From IMG/VR virus record IMGVR_UViG_3300044988_000363: a stretch of 64,000 bases of DNA. One strand, 5' to 3'. The stretch comes from a virus. The position numbers were made by a program, and so were the translations under genes. Of the stretch, positions 39,188 to 48,189 are shown piece by piece. The first letter of the stretch is position 1. The number at the start of each line of letters is the position of its first letter. The notes under the pieces are model-generated. The model worked only from the letters and a program-made list of their open reading frames with translations. It had not been told where the DNA came from and made no database searches.

Positions 39188-39397
39188 CTAGATCTTCTCT
39201 GCTATAGCTTTTAGAACGTTTTTAATTTCAGAAATGTCATCATCAATTCTTTTTATTTTTTCTTTGAAAGATTCGAATTCTTTCTCTTTTTCTCTTCTTA
39301 TTTTATAAGCCAACAGGCCAGCGTTATTTTTATTTAATAACGCCCCTGTTGACAAATCTCTGTATAGACCTTCTTTTTCTGTTTTTTGTTCCATCAT
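39188..39397 (-). CDS. Small conserved hypothetical protein after the VrlC-like gene
   Basis: GLYRDLSTGALLN motif and C-terminal coil; likely start MMEQK. Confidence 0.65.
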   Translation of the reverse strand: MMEQKTEKEGLYRDLSTGALLNKNNAGLLAYKIRREKEKEFESFKEKIKRIDDDISEIKNVLKAIAEKI

Positions 39398-39398
39398 A

Positions 39399-42300
39399 TT
39401 ATCTCTGTAGTGCAATAACTCTTAGGTCACCAACTTTAGGAACTAGAGCTGAACTTATACCGTCAGCATTACCATACAATCCAATCTTAATTTGGAACTG
39501 TTTGAATCCCTTGAAAGTGTTTCCTTCAGATGTATATTGCAATATACCATTACCATCATAATTATTAGGGCTTATAGAATAATCAAATTCTAGAAAATCC
39601 TTATCATTTGCAGTTGAACTATAAACCGAATCAAAGTAAGCCATTGGTGTCCATTTTTTATTACTTAGACCTTGATAATCCTCTGCATTAGCAACTTTAA
39701 ACCAAACTTTGACGTCAGTTCCAACAGGTCTATATGCAGTTATTTTTACTATCAAATCTTCTGCATCTTGGCCTTCTGCCAAAGTAATGACTTTACTAAT
39801 ATATCTATTTATTAGACTTCCGCCAGAGATTTGATCTTCTGATTTAGAAACACTAATAACATTGGCAGATATGCCTTTACTTGTTGTTCCTGTAGATTCA
39901 TACACAGTAATAATTTCAGCGTTTGCATATCCATTTACGTCAGTAATAACAGTATTACCTATTATAGAAGTAACATATCCATTTACTGTTCCGACGATTT
40001 TATCGCCTATGATTATAGTATTAGCTCCCTGATTGATATTAGATAATATCAATACATCCGGGTCGTCTGCATTAATCAAATTATGAACATAAACGCTATT
40101 CCCTCTTGACAAGTCAATAACAGGTGAAACATATACACTAGAAGTAGTTAATGTTGCTCTGGCCTGTGAACTTGGATTACTAGAGTTCAACGATATCTCA
40201 TTTACTCTAGAAAGTATTTTATTTTCTTCGTAGAAATCTGAAGAAACATCTGGTATTCCAGGATAATAATTACCATATGCGTTTGTATCAGATCTCCAGC
40301 CTCTCTTTTCGAAACCACAAGAAGTGTTTCTAAATGTTAGATAATGAGGCTTCAAACAAGTGGTTGAATATGGGTAATAAGTGAATGAATCAATTACACC
40401 AACGTTAGCACTTCTAACACCTTTTACTACACCGTTCGTTAGATACAATCCGTTTGAATCTTCAATAATAAAAATATTATTTGCGCTATCGTAAGATTTT
40501 AGTTTTCCTGAACCACTATAAACACCATTTACTGTAGCTGAAATATTCTTAAGAGTTCCTGATGAATTCTTAACAGTAACAGTTTCAGTGTTAGAGAAAC
40601 CAATTCCTGTGGTAGAATACAATGAACCAGCGCCTACTGCAGTAACATTTCCAACAGCGCCTGAGCTTGAACCTGTTAAAATATCACCTATTACAATAGT
40701 GTTTCCTGTTGAAACTATGCTTGTCAATGCTAGTTTAGCAGAGCCAACAATTTCTTCACCATAATTAGTGAAAGCTCCAGCACCTGTTTTTAGCTTAATA
40801 TATTCAACAGGAATGTTACCAAGCATAGCAGTTCCGGAACCGACAGCAAAGTTTGCTCTATTGAAAGTACAAGTCAAATCAACGTCAGGAACCATATCAT
40901 AATTAGTATTGTTATTAGTGGTATACAAAGTTCCTGTCAATCTTCTACTAGTAATTTGACTATTAGTAAGAACGTCAGTTTCGCCAAGTCTTGAAACCCA
41001 GAAATATGTATCAGGGTTCAAACCTTCAGTGTGAATAACAAATGCGTAAGAAGTGTTATTCATTAGGTAAACAGGCGCAGGGAAGTTTACCTTTGTGGCT
41101 TGGAAATTAGTTGTTCCAACAGGATTCAACTTGATTCTAGGATCAGTTCTCTTCATCCAAACTTCAGAATAAGGAACCTGATTTTTGGTAACACCACCGG
41201 CATTCATTTCTCTAATTTCAAACCAAACACCAAGAGTTGGGTGCATTGATTCGATGAAAATGTCTACAGAAGTTAAGAAAATACCATCTTCTGTTGGTGG
41301 AACATCAACTTTAAACGAATATGCCATACATGAACAAGCCCAAATTTCTAGAGTTTGTCCCTTTCCTGGGATAAATCTTTCTTCTGGGGTTGAGTTAGTT
41401 TCAATAGTAGGAACAACAGTAGAAACAATAGTGTTTTGTTTCTGAGCGTTGATTCCTAGAGAAGTCCAATAACCTCTGGCGTGTGAAGTTGCATCAACAG
41501 CATTAGTTGGTGAGTCAGTTACAATAACTTCCTTAGTACCAACTTTAAAGCGTTTACCAGTTGTTGGTAATCTCAAATCGAATACAAGATCACCGCCGTC
41601 ATTAGTAATCAGCTCAGCACCCTCTGCTTTATAGCTATCTGGTTTAGCGCCAAAAAGATTAGATGCTACCCACTGAGAACAATAACTGGTCATATTTTCT
41701 GAATCAAAGTAGACCCAGTATCTAGTTCTGGCCTTTAGACCCTGAACTATTATGGTTATGGTCTGTGGTCTGATATATGTTGCTAAGGTAACATCAGTTA
41801 CGAAAGAACCTAGAGTTTGTGTTTCAGTTCCCCAATCAAGAGATTTTTCTACTTTACTTCTGCGTTCTGTAGTGCCCGGATCTGTTCCTTCAATAGCAAA
41901 GGAACGCATTGCTTCTCCTAGATGAGGATAACCATTATATCCACCCATCTGAATAGATATATCAGGGTTTGTTGACCATCCAAAATAACCGGTAACTAAT
42001 TGACCATTAGCCAAATAGTAAGGAGTTCTTGGGTTATAACCACCACCTGCATTATATGCATAATAATTAGCAGGAAGAGTATTTGTTTTAACTGGTTTAG
42101 CAAAATCCAAAGCTTCTTTATAACTAGAGAAAGAACCTTCTAATGATTTGCCACCATTCCAGCTATTACCATAACCTCCTTCATTTGTTGAATAAACGTT
42201 ATAGACTGGTTTACCTACGCCATACTTTTCCCATGAAGTCCATTCTGTGCTTAACAAGATAGGATTTGGCAAATCATCACCATAGGTGATTTTTTTATCA

Positions 42301-45300
42301 ACTGTTTTTTGGTCGTGCCAGATATCAGTTTCTGGACGGAAGGTCATTCTTCCTACGAATCTGTAAACACTGTATTCAATGTTTCTTCTAGTTGAAATAT
42401 TTTTTTGGCTTAGTAACACTGTTTCAGTGTAAGGTCTAGTGACAAGAGAACCAGTTAACTGAACGCCAGAAGAACCTGTAGACAGATATTGATACTTTAC
42501 TGAATCTGCTTCATGGAAAGGTCTGATGCAATTTTCTTTAGGATCAATGGAGCATCGATAATCGTCATTTCTGGTATCACCCAAAGAGTGATCTACGAAA
42601 CCGTCAACAAAGAATCCATTTTTAAATCTATCCAGACCAGTAGCAGCATCTGTAATATTTAAATCTGTCGCTGTTTTTTCTAGAAGAGTCAAAGCATTAT
42701 AATAATCTAGATTATCAACTCTATTTTTGATAGTGCCAATATCCTTCATAGTATATCTTCTATTTGCAATATTTTTGGCAGTACAACCATATGTTTGATT
42801 ACCAAGTTGTCTTGCATAAGTTTCAGACAAAGAAGGATATGGTTTGATAAGAACTTTGACCAAAGGCATAACATTATCAGGCGCAATAGGGCTGATAGGA
42901 TTTATGTCTGGTTTGCCTTTATATAAAATGAAATTACCGTTGGTGTCTACAGCAATCAAATCTCTTCTAGCAAGGTAATATGAATAGTCAATATACATAT
43001 TACTTCCAGGAATAGAAGTTCTTAAACCTCCTGTGGGAACATACATAGAAGTAGTTGTTGCTGGATTTACTGTCGCTGCAGAAATATTACCAGTCGAAGT
43101 AGCTTGAGTGCTAGTAGCTGTTGCAGTTTTGTATGGTCTAAAGTCCATAGCATTTCTTAGATCAAACATTTCACCGTATGATGTAGCATACACTGGTATC
43201 TGATAGGTGAAAATAGTGCTTTCAGAAACTGTCGTATCATCAACTGGGTATGAATCAACAGAAAAATAGCCAGCACCGCCAGTATAATCTGCCTCAAAAT
43301 GATCTAATTGCACCAATAAATATTTGTTTTTAATATCAATACCGCCTTTGAATATCAAAGAAGCGTGATCATAAAAACAATCTCTTTGACCATCATCTAG
43401 AGCGAAATATGATGTTACATCATCACCATCAGTGTTATTAACAAATGCACCAGTCTTAATTCTTACAGATCTTACTCTATAAACGTCTGGCAAACCTAAG
43501 TTATATGGACCAACAGTATTAGCAACGTTAGTTGCTGTATTGATCATCACATAACGTCTAGGACTCAATATTTTTTTGACTTCCTGAGCGCCACTTCTAG
43601 TAATATTATAAGTGATTGAACAAGAAACTGAACCTGTTGTGTTTGAAGTGTCTTCTTTCAAATCAACAGTCATGACACCAGAAGATGATAAACTAACATT
43701 TCTGGTTACACCTGAACTGCCCTTTATAGTCAAATCAACTATATCACCAGCCATGTATGATCTATAAATCACGTTAGAAACTGGGCTATTAGAAAGAGTA
43801 CCTACAATACTCATAGATGTATCGCTGTATACTGTGTTTACAAAATAGTAGCTACCGTTTACTTTGATTCTATCACCAGCGTTCAATCTAGAGAAATATG
43901 TAGAAGTTCCAGTAAGATTGCCCTGACCAGAAGTTCCAGATACTACACCAGATGGCGAGAATAAATGAATATCTTTATTAGCATTAACAGTAAGAAGAAT
44001 AGTTCTTTTTTCTGTTGAAGAAAGAGAACCAGTAGAATATGACAATTCTTCCTGATCTGAACCACTCAAAGATAAGGTTAAGATACCGCCAGTAGCAAAG
44101 TTTGTGGTTTTTGTTTCTGTTCTACTGAAATTGAAAATTGTATCAGAAATACCATTATTACCTCTGAGAGATCTAGTATAATTGGTATTAACTTTATAAA
44201 GCAAAGTGTTAAGATTATAATCGTTGAATATTGGAGTACTATTTGAATTTAGTTGAATGTCAGCAAAAAATGTAGAGCTGATACCTACTGATCTAACATT
44301 TGCAATGTTACCGTTAGTAAGCTGAGTATCATATAGATATAATCTATATGAACCGTTAGCTGAACCCTGAGATCCTGAATCGTAAGCAAAATACTTAACT
44401 CTAGCAGTACCGATCAAAGCGCCAGTATTTGCTGTTGATAATGTTGTTTTATTTGTAATTCTCTGTTCAGCAGTATTATAAAGATTTACTAAAGTACCAG
44501 TATCTAAAGATAGGGTTCCTATAGCTTCTTTGACTAGATAATAACCACTTGTTCTTGCATTAATAGTTTCACCGTTTTCAGATTCGTATTCTATGCCCTT
44601 ATCAGTAATAATGTGCTGTGTGACAAGTTTATTAACTTCATAACCTTTTACGTAAGCAACACCTGGATCAATATCGATAGTTAGTTTTTGTGAATCGCCA
44701 CCCTCTGATAATGAGAATAGTCCTTCATTAGAGTTTACGTTTAAATGTTCTCTTACTCTGGCATTAAACCCAGAAACGTAATAATCGCCTGATTCATCAT
44801 AAGTTCTTTTTGCGAATTCGTCATAAATTCTTGCGTATTCAGTTCTTTCTTTAGACTGTTCGATAATGCCATTTTTAATAACAACAAGAATCGAAAAATC
44901 AGGATCAGTAATCTCAGCATCATAATCAACAACAGTAAGAGTAGGATCTACTGCAAATCTATGAGCTCCTGGAGCGTTTTCATTAGGAGATCCTAGAGCG
45001 TTATCCAATAAAGATGGATCTTGTAAATCTGTTATGATTGATTCTACAACTTTAAAACCTGCAATCACAGAAGGAGTTGTGGTATAAAACGAAAGCGCCA
45101 CAGTTTGCGCAGGAAAGGCTGCAAAAAAGCCTTTTGAGAACATTACGCCTTGAGAAATGCTAAAGATAGTTCCTACTGAGTTACAATCTTCTTCTACAGT
45201 TTTAAAGAAATTATTAGGATTGCTGTTGTCAGTGACAATTTCGTCCGTTAGAAAGAAATTAGTATCTGTGCCTGATTTTGTATATCTAACGAAAAATACA

Positions 45301-45656
45301 TAAACGTTATTATCAAAATCATAGTCTACGTGTTTTACGTAAGCTTCGACACCGGAAACAGATCCAGTAACAATTTTACCAACAAAATATGATGATTCTA
45401 GATCTTGGGTTAATGAAACTACCTTTACGGTATCAATGTAATGTTCATAATCAAAAGAACCATCTAATACTATAGAGCCGTTTTTAAATATATGTTGACC
45501 AAATCTATCAATTTGTTTCTGCAGAATAGTCTGCATTTGGTTGAGTTCACGTGCCTGGATAGCTGTAGAAGGTCTGAATAGGACTTTATAATAATTTTTA
45601 GCTTCATCATAATCGTCAAAATAAGGGTTGACGTTAAAATTAGTGTTTATTGGCAT
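39399..45656 (-). CDS. Large baseplate/virion structural protein (VrlC/DUF4815-like)
   Basis: NFNVNPYFDDYD, VLFRP..QARELNQMQ, APGAHR, RTYDESGDY, RRYTMKDIG, DRFKNGFFVD, VPKVGDLRVIAL. Confidence 0.88.
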   Translation of the reverse strand: MPINTNFNVNPYFDDYDEAKNYYKVLFRPSTAIQARELNQMQTILQKQIDRFGQHIFKNGSIVLDGSFDYEHYIDTVKVVSLTQDLESSYFVGKIVTGSVSGVEAYVKHVDYDFDNNVYVFFVRYTKSGTDTNFFLTDEIVTDNSNPNNFFKTVEEDCNSVGTIFSISQGVMFSKGFFAAFPAQTVALSFYTTTPSVIAGFKVVESIITDLQDPSLLDNALGSPNENAPGAHRFAVDPTLTVVDYDAEITDPDFSILVVIKNGIIEQSKERTEYARIYDEFAKRTYDESGDYYVSGFNARVREHLNVNSNEGLFSLSEGGDSQKLTIDIDPGVAYVKGYEVNKLVTQHIITDKGIEYESENGETINARTSGYYLVKEAIGTLSLDTGTLVNLYNTAEQRITNKTTLSTANTGALIGTARVKYFAYDSGSQGSANGSYRLYLYDTQLTNGNIANVRSVGISSTFFADIQLNSNSTPIFNDYNLNTLLYKVNTNYTRSLRGNNGISDTIFNFSRTETKTTNFATGGILTLSLSGSDQEELSYSTGSLSSTEKRTILLTVNANKDIHLFSPSGVVSGTSGQGNLTGTSTYFSRLNAGDRIKVNGSYYFVNTVYSDTSMSIVGTLSNSPVSNVIYRSYMAGDIVDLTIKGSSGVTRNVSLSSSGVMTVDLKEDTSNTTGSVSCSITYNITRSGAQEVKKILSPRRYVMINTATNVANTVGPYNLGLPDVYRVRSVRIKTGAFVNNTDGDDVTSYFALDDGQRDCFYDHASLIFKGGIDIKNKYLLVQLDHFEADYTGGAGYFSVDSYPVDDTTVSESTIFTYQIPVYATSYGEMFDLRNAMDFRPYKTATATSTQATSTGNISAATVNPATTTSMYVPTGGLRTSIPGSNMYIDYSYYLARRDLIAVDTNGNFILYKGKPDINPISPIAPDNVMPLVKVLIKPYPSLSETYARQLGNQTYGCTAKNIANRRYTMKDIGTIKNRVDNLDYYNALTLLEKTATDLNITDAATGLDRFKNGFFVDGFVDHSLGDTRNDDYRCSIDPKENCIRPFHEADSVKYQYLSTGSSGVQLTGSLVTRPYTETVLLSQKNISTRRNIEYSVYRFVGRMTFRPETDIWHDQKTVDKKITYGDDLPNPILLSTEWTSWEKYGVGKPVYNVYSTNEGGYGNSWNGGKSLEGSFSSYKEALDFAKPVKTNTLPANYYAYNAGGGYNPRTPYYLANGQLVTGYFGWSTNPDISIQMGGYNGYPHLGEAMRSFAIEGTDPGTTERRSKVEKSLDWGTETQTLGSFVTDVTLATYIRPQTITIIVQGLKARTRYWVYFDSENMTSYCSQWVASNLFGAKPDSYKAEGAELITNDGGDLVFDLRLPTTGKRFKVGTKEVIVTDSPTNAVDATSHARGYWTSLGINAQKQNTIVSTVVPTIETNSTPEERFIPGKGQTLEIWACSCMAYSFKVDVPPTEDGIFLTSVDIFIESMHPTLGVWFEIREMNAGGVTKNQVPYSEVWMKRTDPRIKLNPVGTTNFQATKVNFPAPVYLMNNTSYAFVIHTEGLNPDTYFWVSRLGETDVLTNSQITSRRLTGTLYTTNNNTNYDMVPDVDLTCTFNRANFAVGSGTAMLGNIPVEYIKLKTGAGAFTNYGEEIVGSAKLALTSIVSTGNTIVIGDILTGSSSGAVGNVTAVGAGSLYSTTGIGFSNTETVTVKNSSGTLKNISATVNGVYSGSGKLKSYDSANNIFIIEDSNGLYLTNGVVKGVRSANVGVIDSFTYYPYSTTCLKPHYLTFRNTSCGFEKRGWRSDTNAYGNYYPGIPDVSSDFYEENKILSRVNEISLNSSNPSSQARATLTTSSVYVSPVIDLSRGNSVYVHNLINADDPDVLILSNINQGANTIIIGDKIVGTVNGYVTSIIGNTVITDVNGYANAEIITVYESTGTTSKGISANVISVSKSEDQISGGSLINRYISKVITLAEGQDAEDLIVKITAYRPVGTDVKVWFKVANAEDYQGLSNKKWTPMAYFDSVYSSTANDKDFLEFDYSISPNNYDGNGILQYTSEGNTFKGFKQFQIKIGLYGNADGISSALVPKVGDLRVIALQR

Positions 45657-45669
45657 TTTCTAATCCTGT

Positions 45670-47229
45670 TTAAAATTCTACAATCAACTTGAACGATTCA
45701 GTCTGTGTGTTTGATCTTTCAACTGTATTTATATTCTGAACATAAAGAGGTCTAACGTCTTTAGTGTAAATTGCGCCTTCTGCACTTATAGTTATATTGA
45801 GGGTAGGTGTACCATTTTCATAAGTGATTCTCTCACCATCTTCAAAACTTCTGTCTCCAGCTACATACATTGCACTAGAATTAACAAAAGCTATAATTCC
45901 TTTAGCTCCAGAGCTTTCTCCATAGATAACATCTTCAACGTTGAAAGTGTAATATATGTTATTGATATCAAATTTCAAAAGTTGATTAAAAGTGTTAGTT
46001 TGATACCTGTTTTCACTTTTTTCGAAATTTATATCCATAGCGTATGGATTTTTCATTAAACCGATTTTAGAGTAATTAATATTGTCTGGTATTGTGGTCA
46101 ATTCGTTGTTAGAAAATCTAAAAGCTACACAGAATCCTTTGGCGTCTAATTCTGATGTTGGGTCGCTTCCATGCCCTCCAGGAGGAGGAACAATAGCATA
46201 AGCTGTGGCTCCGGATCCCCAAAGAGTATTACTCTGAATTGAGACATTGGCTCTTGTGATTCCAGTTCCAATGTCAAGCATAGTTATACTACCAATAGAA
46301 TTCTGATAAGGATTGATTGTAGTATAAGCTTTTGGTCGAGCTCCGAGATCAGCGTCTGTATTGAAAACTACTCTTGGGCTGATTTTATATTGAGTCTCGC
46401 CTTCAATTATATTATCTGTATTGATTCCTTCGTCTTGCACTCTTACGAAATTACCAGTAGTATTAGAAATATATTGTTTCACATATGTTAATTGAGAAGT
46501 TGTTTCTAATGTGTTATAGATATAAATTCCATTTTTAGTATAATATTCATTGAAAGATGATGCATTTGAAGAAATCTGAATCATGGTACTATTAATAATA
46601 GCTTCCACAATACCGTCATGGTGTGCATCATAACCAGATCCTGGGTTAGTAATGACAACAACTTCTACGCCTGAATAGCTTGATGCAGTAGCATAGATAT
46701 TTTGATCTGTATAAACTGGAATATAGTCATCTGTTGCAAATTTATCGTAGTTTGCAGAAGAAACAGAATAAACATAACGCCAAACATAACCATCTGAAGT
46801 TTGAAATGACAATTTGCCTTGAGGGTCACCAATGGTGCTTGGGTCAATTATAGAAGGAGCGCCATTGGCGTTATCTATACATTTATAGATCAAATAGTTG
46901 CCACCAACAATGCCAGGAATACACACAGTGTAAAAATTACTGTTAGAATGTAATGTATCTGAGGTATTATCATATTCGTCGAATACTTTTCCATATTCCC
47001 ATTGTTTATTGTCTATGACTAATGTAACATCATTATAAGTAAGTCGTTTACCAAAAAGCATTGACCAAACAGGATAATTTGTGTCATAATCGTCGTTTGC
47101 TAGCGTGGGGACAGTGAGGCTAGAAACAGGATCAGCAGCAAAAGCGTAATAATCGCTTGAGCCTGACAACATATTATCTTTCATTTCATCAATGAGAGCT
47201 TTTTTGTATGTAGGTAGTAACTTACCCAT
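45670..47229 (-). CDS. gp8: Baseplate wedge subunit (gp8-like)
   Basis: IYKCIDN, DGYVWRYVY, F.TDDYIPV, PPGGHGSD, QTESFKLIVEF. Confidence 0.8.
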   Translation of the reverse strand: MGKLLPTYKKALIDEMKDNMLSGSSDYYAFAADPVSSLTVPTLANDDYDTNYPVWSMLFGKRLTYNDVTLVIDNKQWEYGKVFDEYDNTSDTLHSNSNFYTVCIPGIVGGNYLIYKCIDNANGAPSIIDPSTIGDPQGKLSFQTSDGYVWRYVYSVSSANYDKFATDDYIPVYTDQNIYATASSYSGVEVVVITNPGSGYDAHHDGIVEAIINSTMIQISSNASSFNEYYTKNGIYIYNTLETTSQLTYVKQYISNTTGNFVRVQDEGINTDNIIEGETQYKISPRVVFNTDADLGARPKAYTTINPYQNSIGSITMLDIGTGITRANVSIQSNTLWGSGATAYAIVPPPGGHGSDPTSELDAKGFCVAFRFSNNELTTIPDNINYSKIGLMKNPYAMDINFEKSENRYQTNTFNQLLKFDINNIYYTFNVEDVIYGESSGAKGIIAFVNSSAMYVAGDRSFEDGERITYENGTPTLNITISAEGAIYTKDVRPLYVQNINTVERSNTQTESFKLIVEF

Positions 47230-47239
47230 TTAATAACCC

Positions 47240-48175
47240 TTACTTACCGATAGCAATATAATAAACGTTTGTTGCAGTAGCATTAGAAGTTCTTACTGTT
47301 GCACCGCTTACTGTTCTTGCTGTAAAATAAACGTAATCTGCAGTATTACCTGTAGCAGTAATTGAAAATACTGCAGTACTAAAAACGTCTGCAAAAGATA
47401 TAGAACCAGTGCTAGTGTTAGACAACACCCATCCCCAAGTCATCTTTAGACCGTTTGGAAGAAAAGTGTAACCATTAGCAGCGGCTGTATGCGAACCTAA
47501 TGTAAATCCAGTGTTTGATACTACATTAGCTGCCGGCAGAGTGGCCATAGTTGTATTAATAGTAACATTAGCACCAACGGTTATTTTACCAGGTTCAACA
47601 TTAGCCTGACCAGAAGTACCGTTGGCAACACGAACAATACTATAATCCAAAAGCAAGTTTGCTGATGTATTACCACAGGAAATAGCTTGGTTATTAATGC
47701 TAACGTTAGCACCAACAAGAATTCTATTTGGATGAATAACTATAGAACCCTGAGTGTTATTAGCAATAGAAATATTAGTTCCATTAGCAAATACATTTGA
47801 TGTTGCGTTTCCAATAGCGATAACAGAACTGTTTACTGTTGCCCTAAAAGCTCCAGAGGTTGTATTTCCGATACTAAGCTGCGCAGCTGTTAAATTGGCA
47901 GTATATGTATTGTTAGAAACCTGAATTGTGTATGTATTTACTACTGATTTTGAAGAATTTGTAGCATTAGCGACCTGAACGCTTGGAGCCGCTGTTGAAT
48001 TTGAAGTAAGGATAACATTTGACGTTGTATTACCAACTGTTACCCAACTAGTGACTGTAGGATTACTGAAAGCATTAGCCAAACTTTCATTAACCTTAAT
48101 CATAGCAGTTCTTAGTGGATCGCCAGTTCCATCATTAGCTGTCGTTCCAACATCAATTTCTTGATATGTACCCAT
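47240..48175 (-). CDS. gp9/gp10-type baseplate-attached short fibre
   Basis: N-terminal VGTTANDGTGDPLRTAMIKVN motif of the T4 gp9/gp10 family; C-terminal NGYTFLPNGLKMTWG fibre-tip domain. Confidence 0.7.
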   Translation of the reverse strand: MGTYQEIDVGTTANDGTGDPLRTAMIKVNESLANAFSNPTVTSWVTVGNTTSNVILTSNSTAAPSVQVANATNSSKSVVNTYTIQVSNNTYTANLTAAQLSIGNTTSGAFRATVNSSVIAIGNATSNVFANGTNISIANNTQGSIVIHPNRILVGANVSINNQAISCGNTSANLLLDYSIVRVANGTSGQANVEPGKITVGANVTINTTMATLPAANVVSNTGFTLGSHTAAANGYTFLPNGLKMTWGWVLSNTSTGSISFADVFSTAVFSITATGNTADYVYFTARTVSGATVRTSNATATNVYYIAIGK

Positions 48176-48189
48176 AAATTTGTCCCCTT

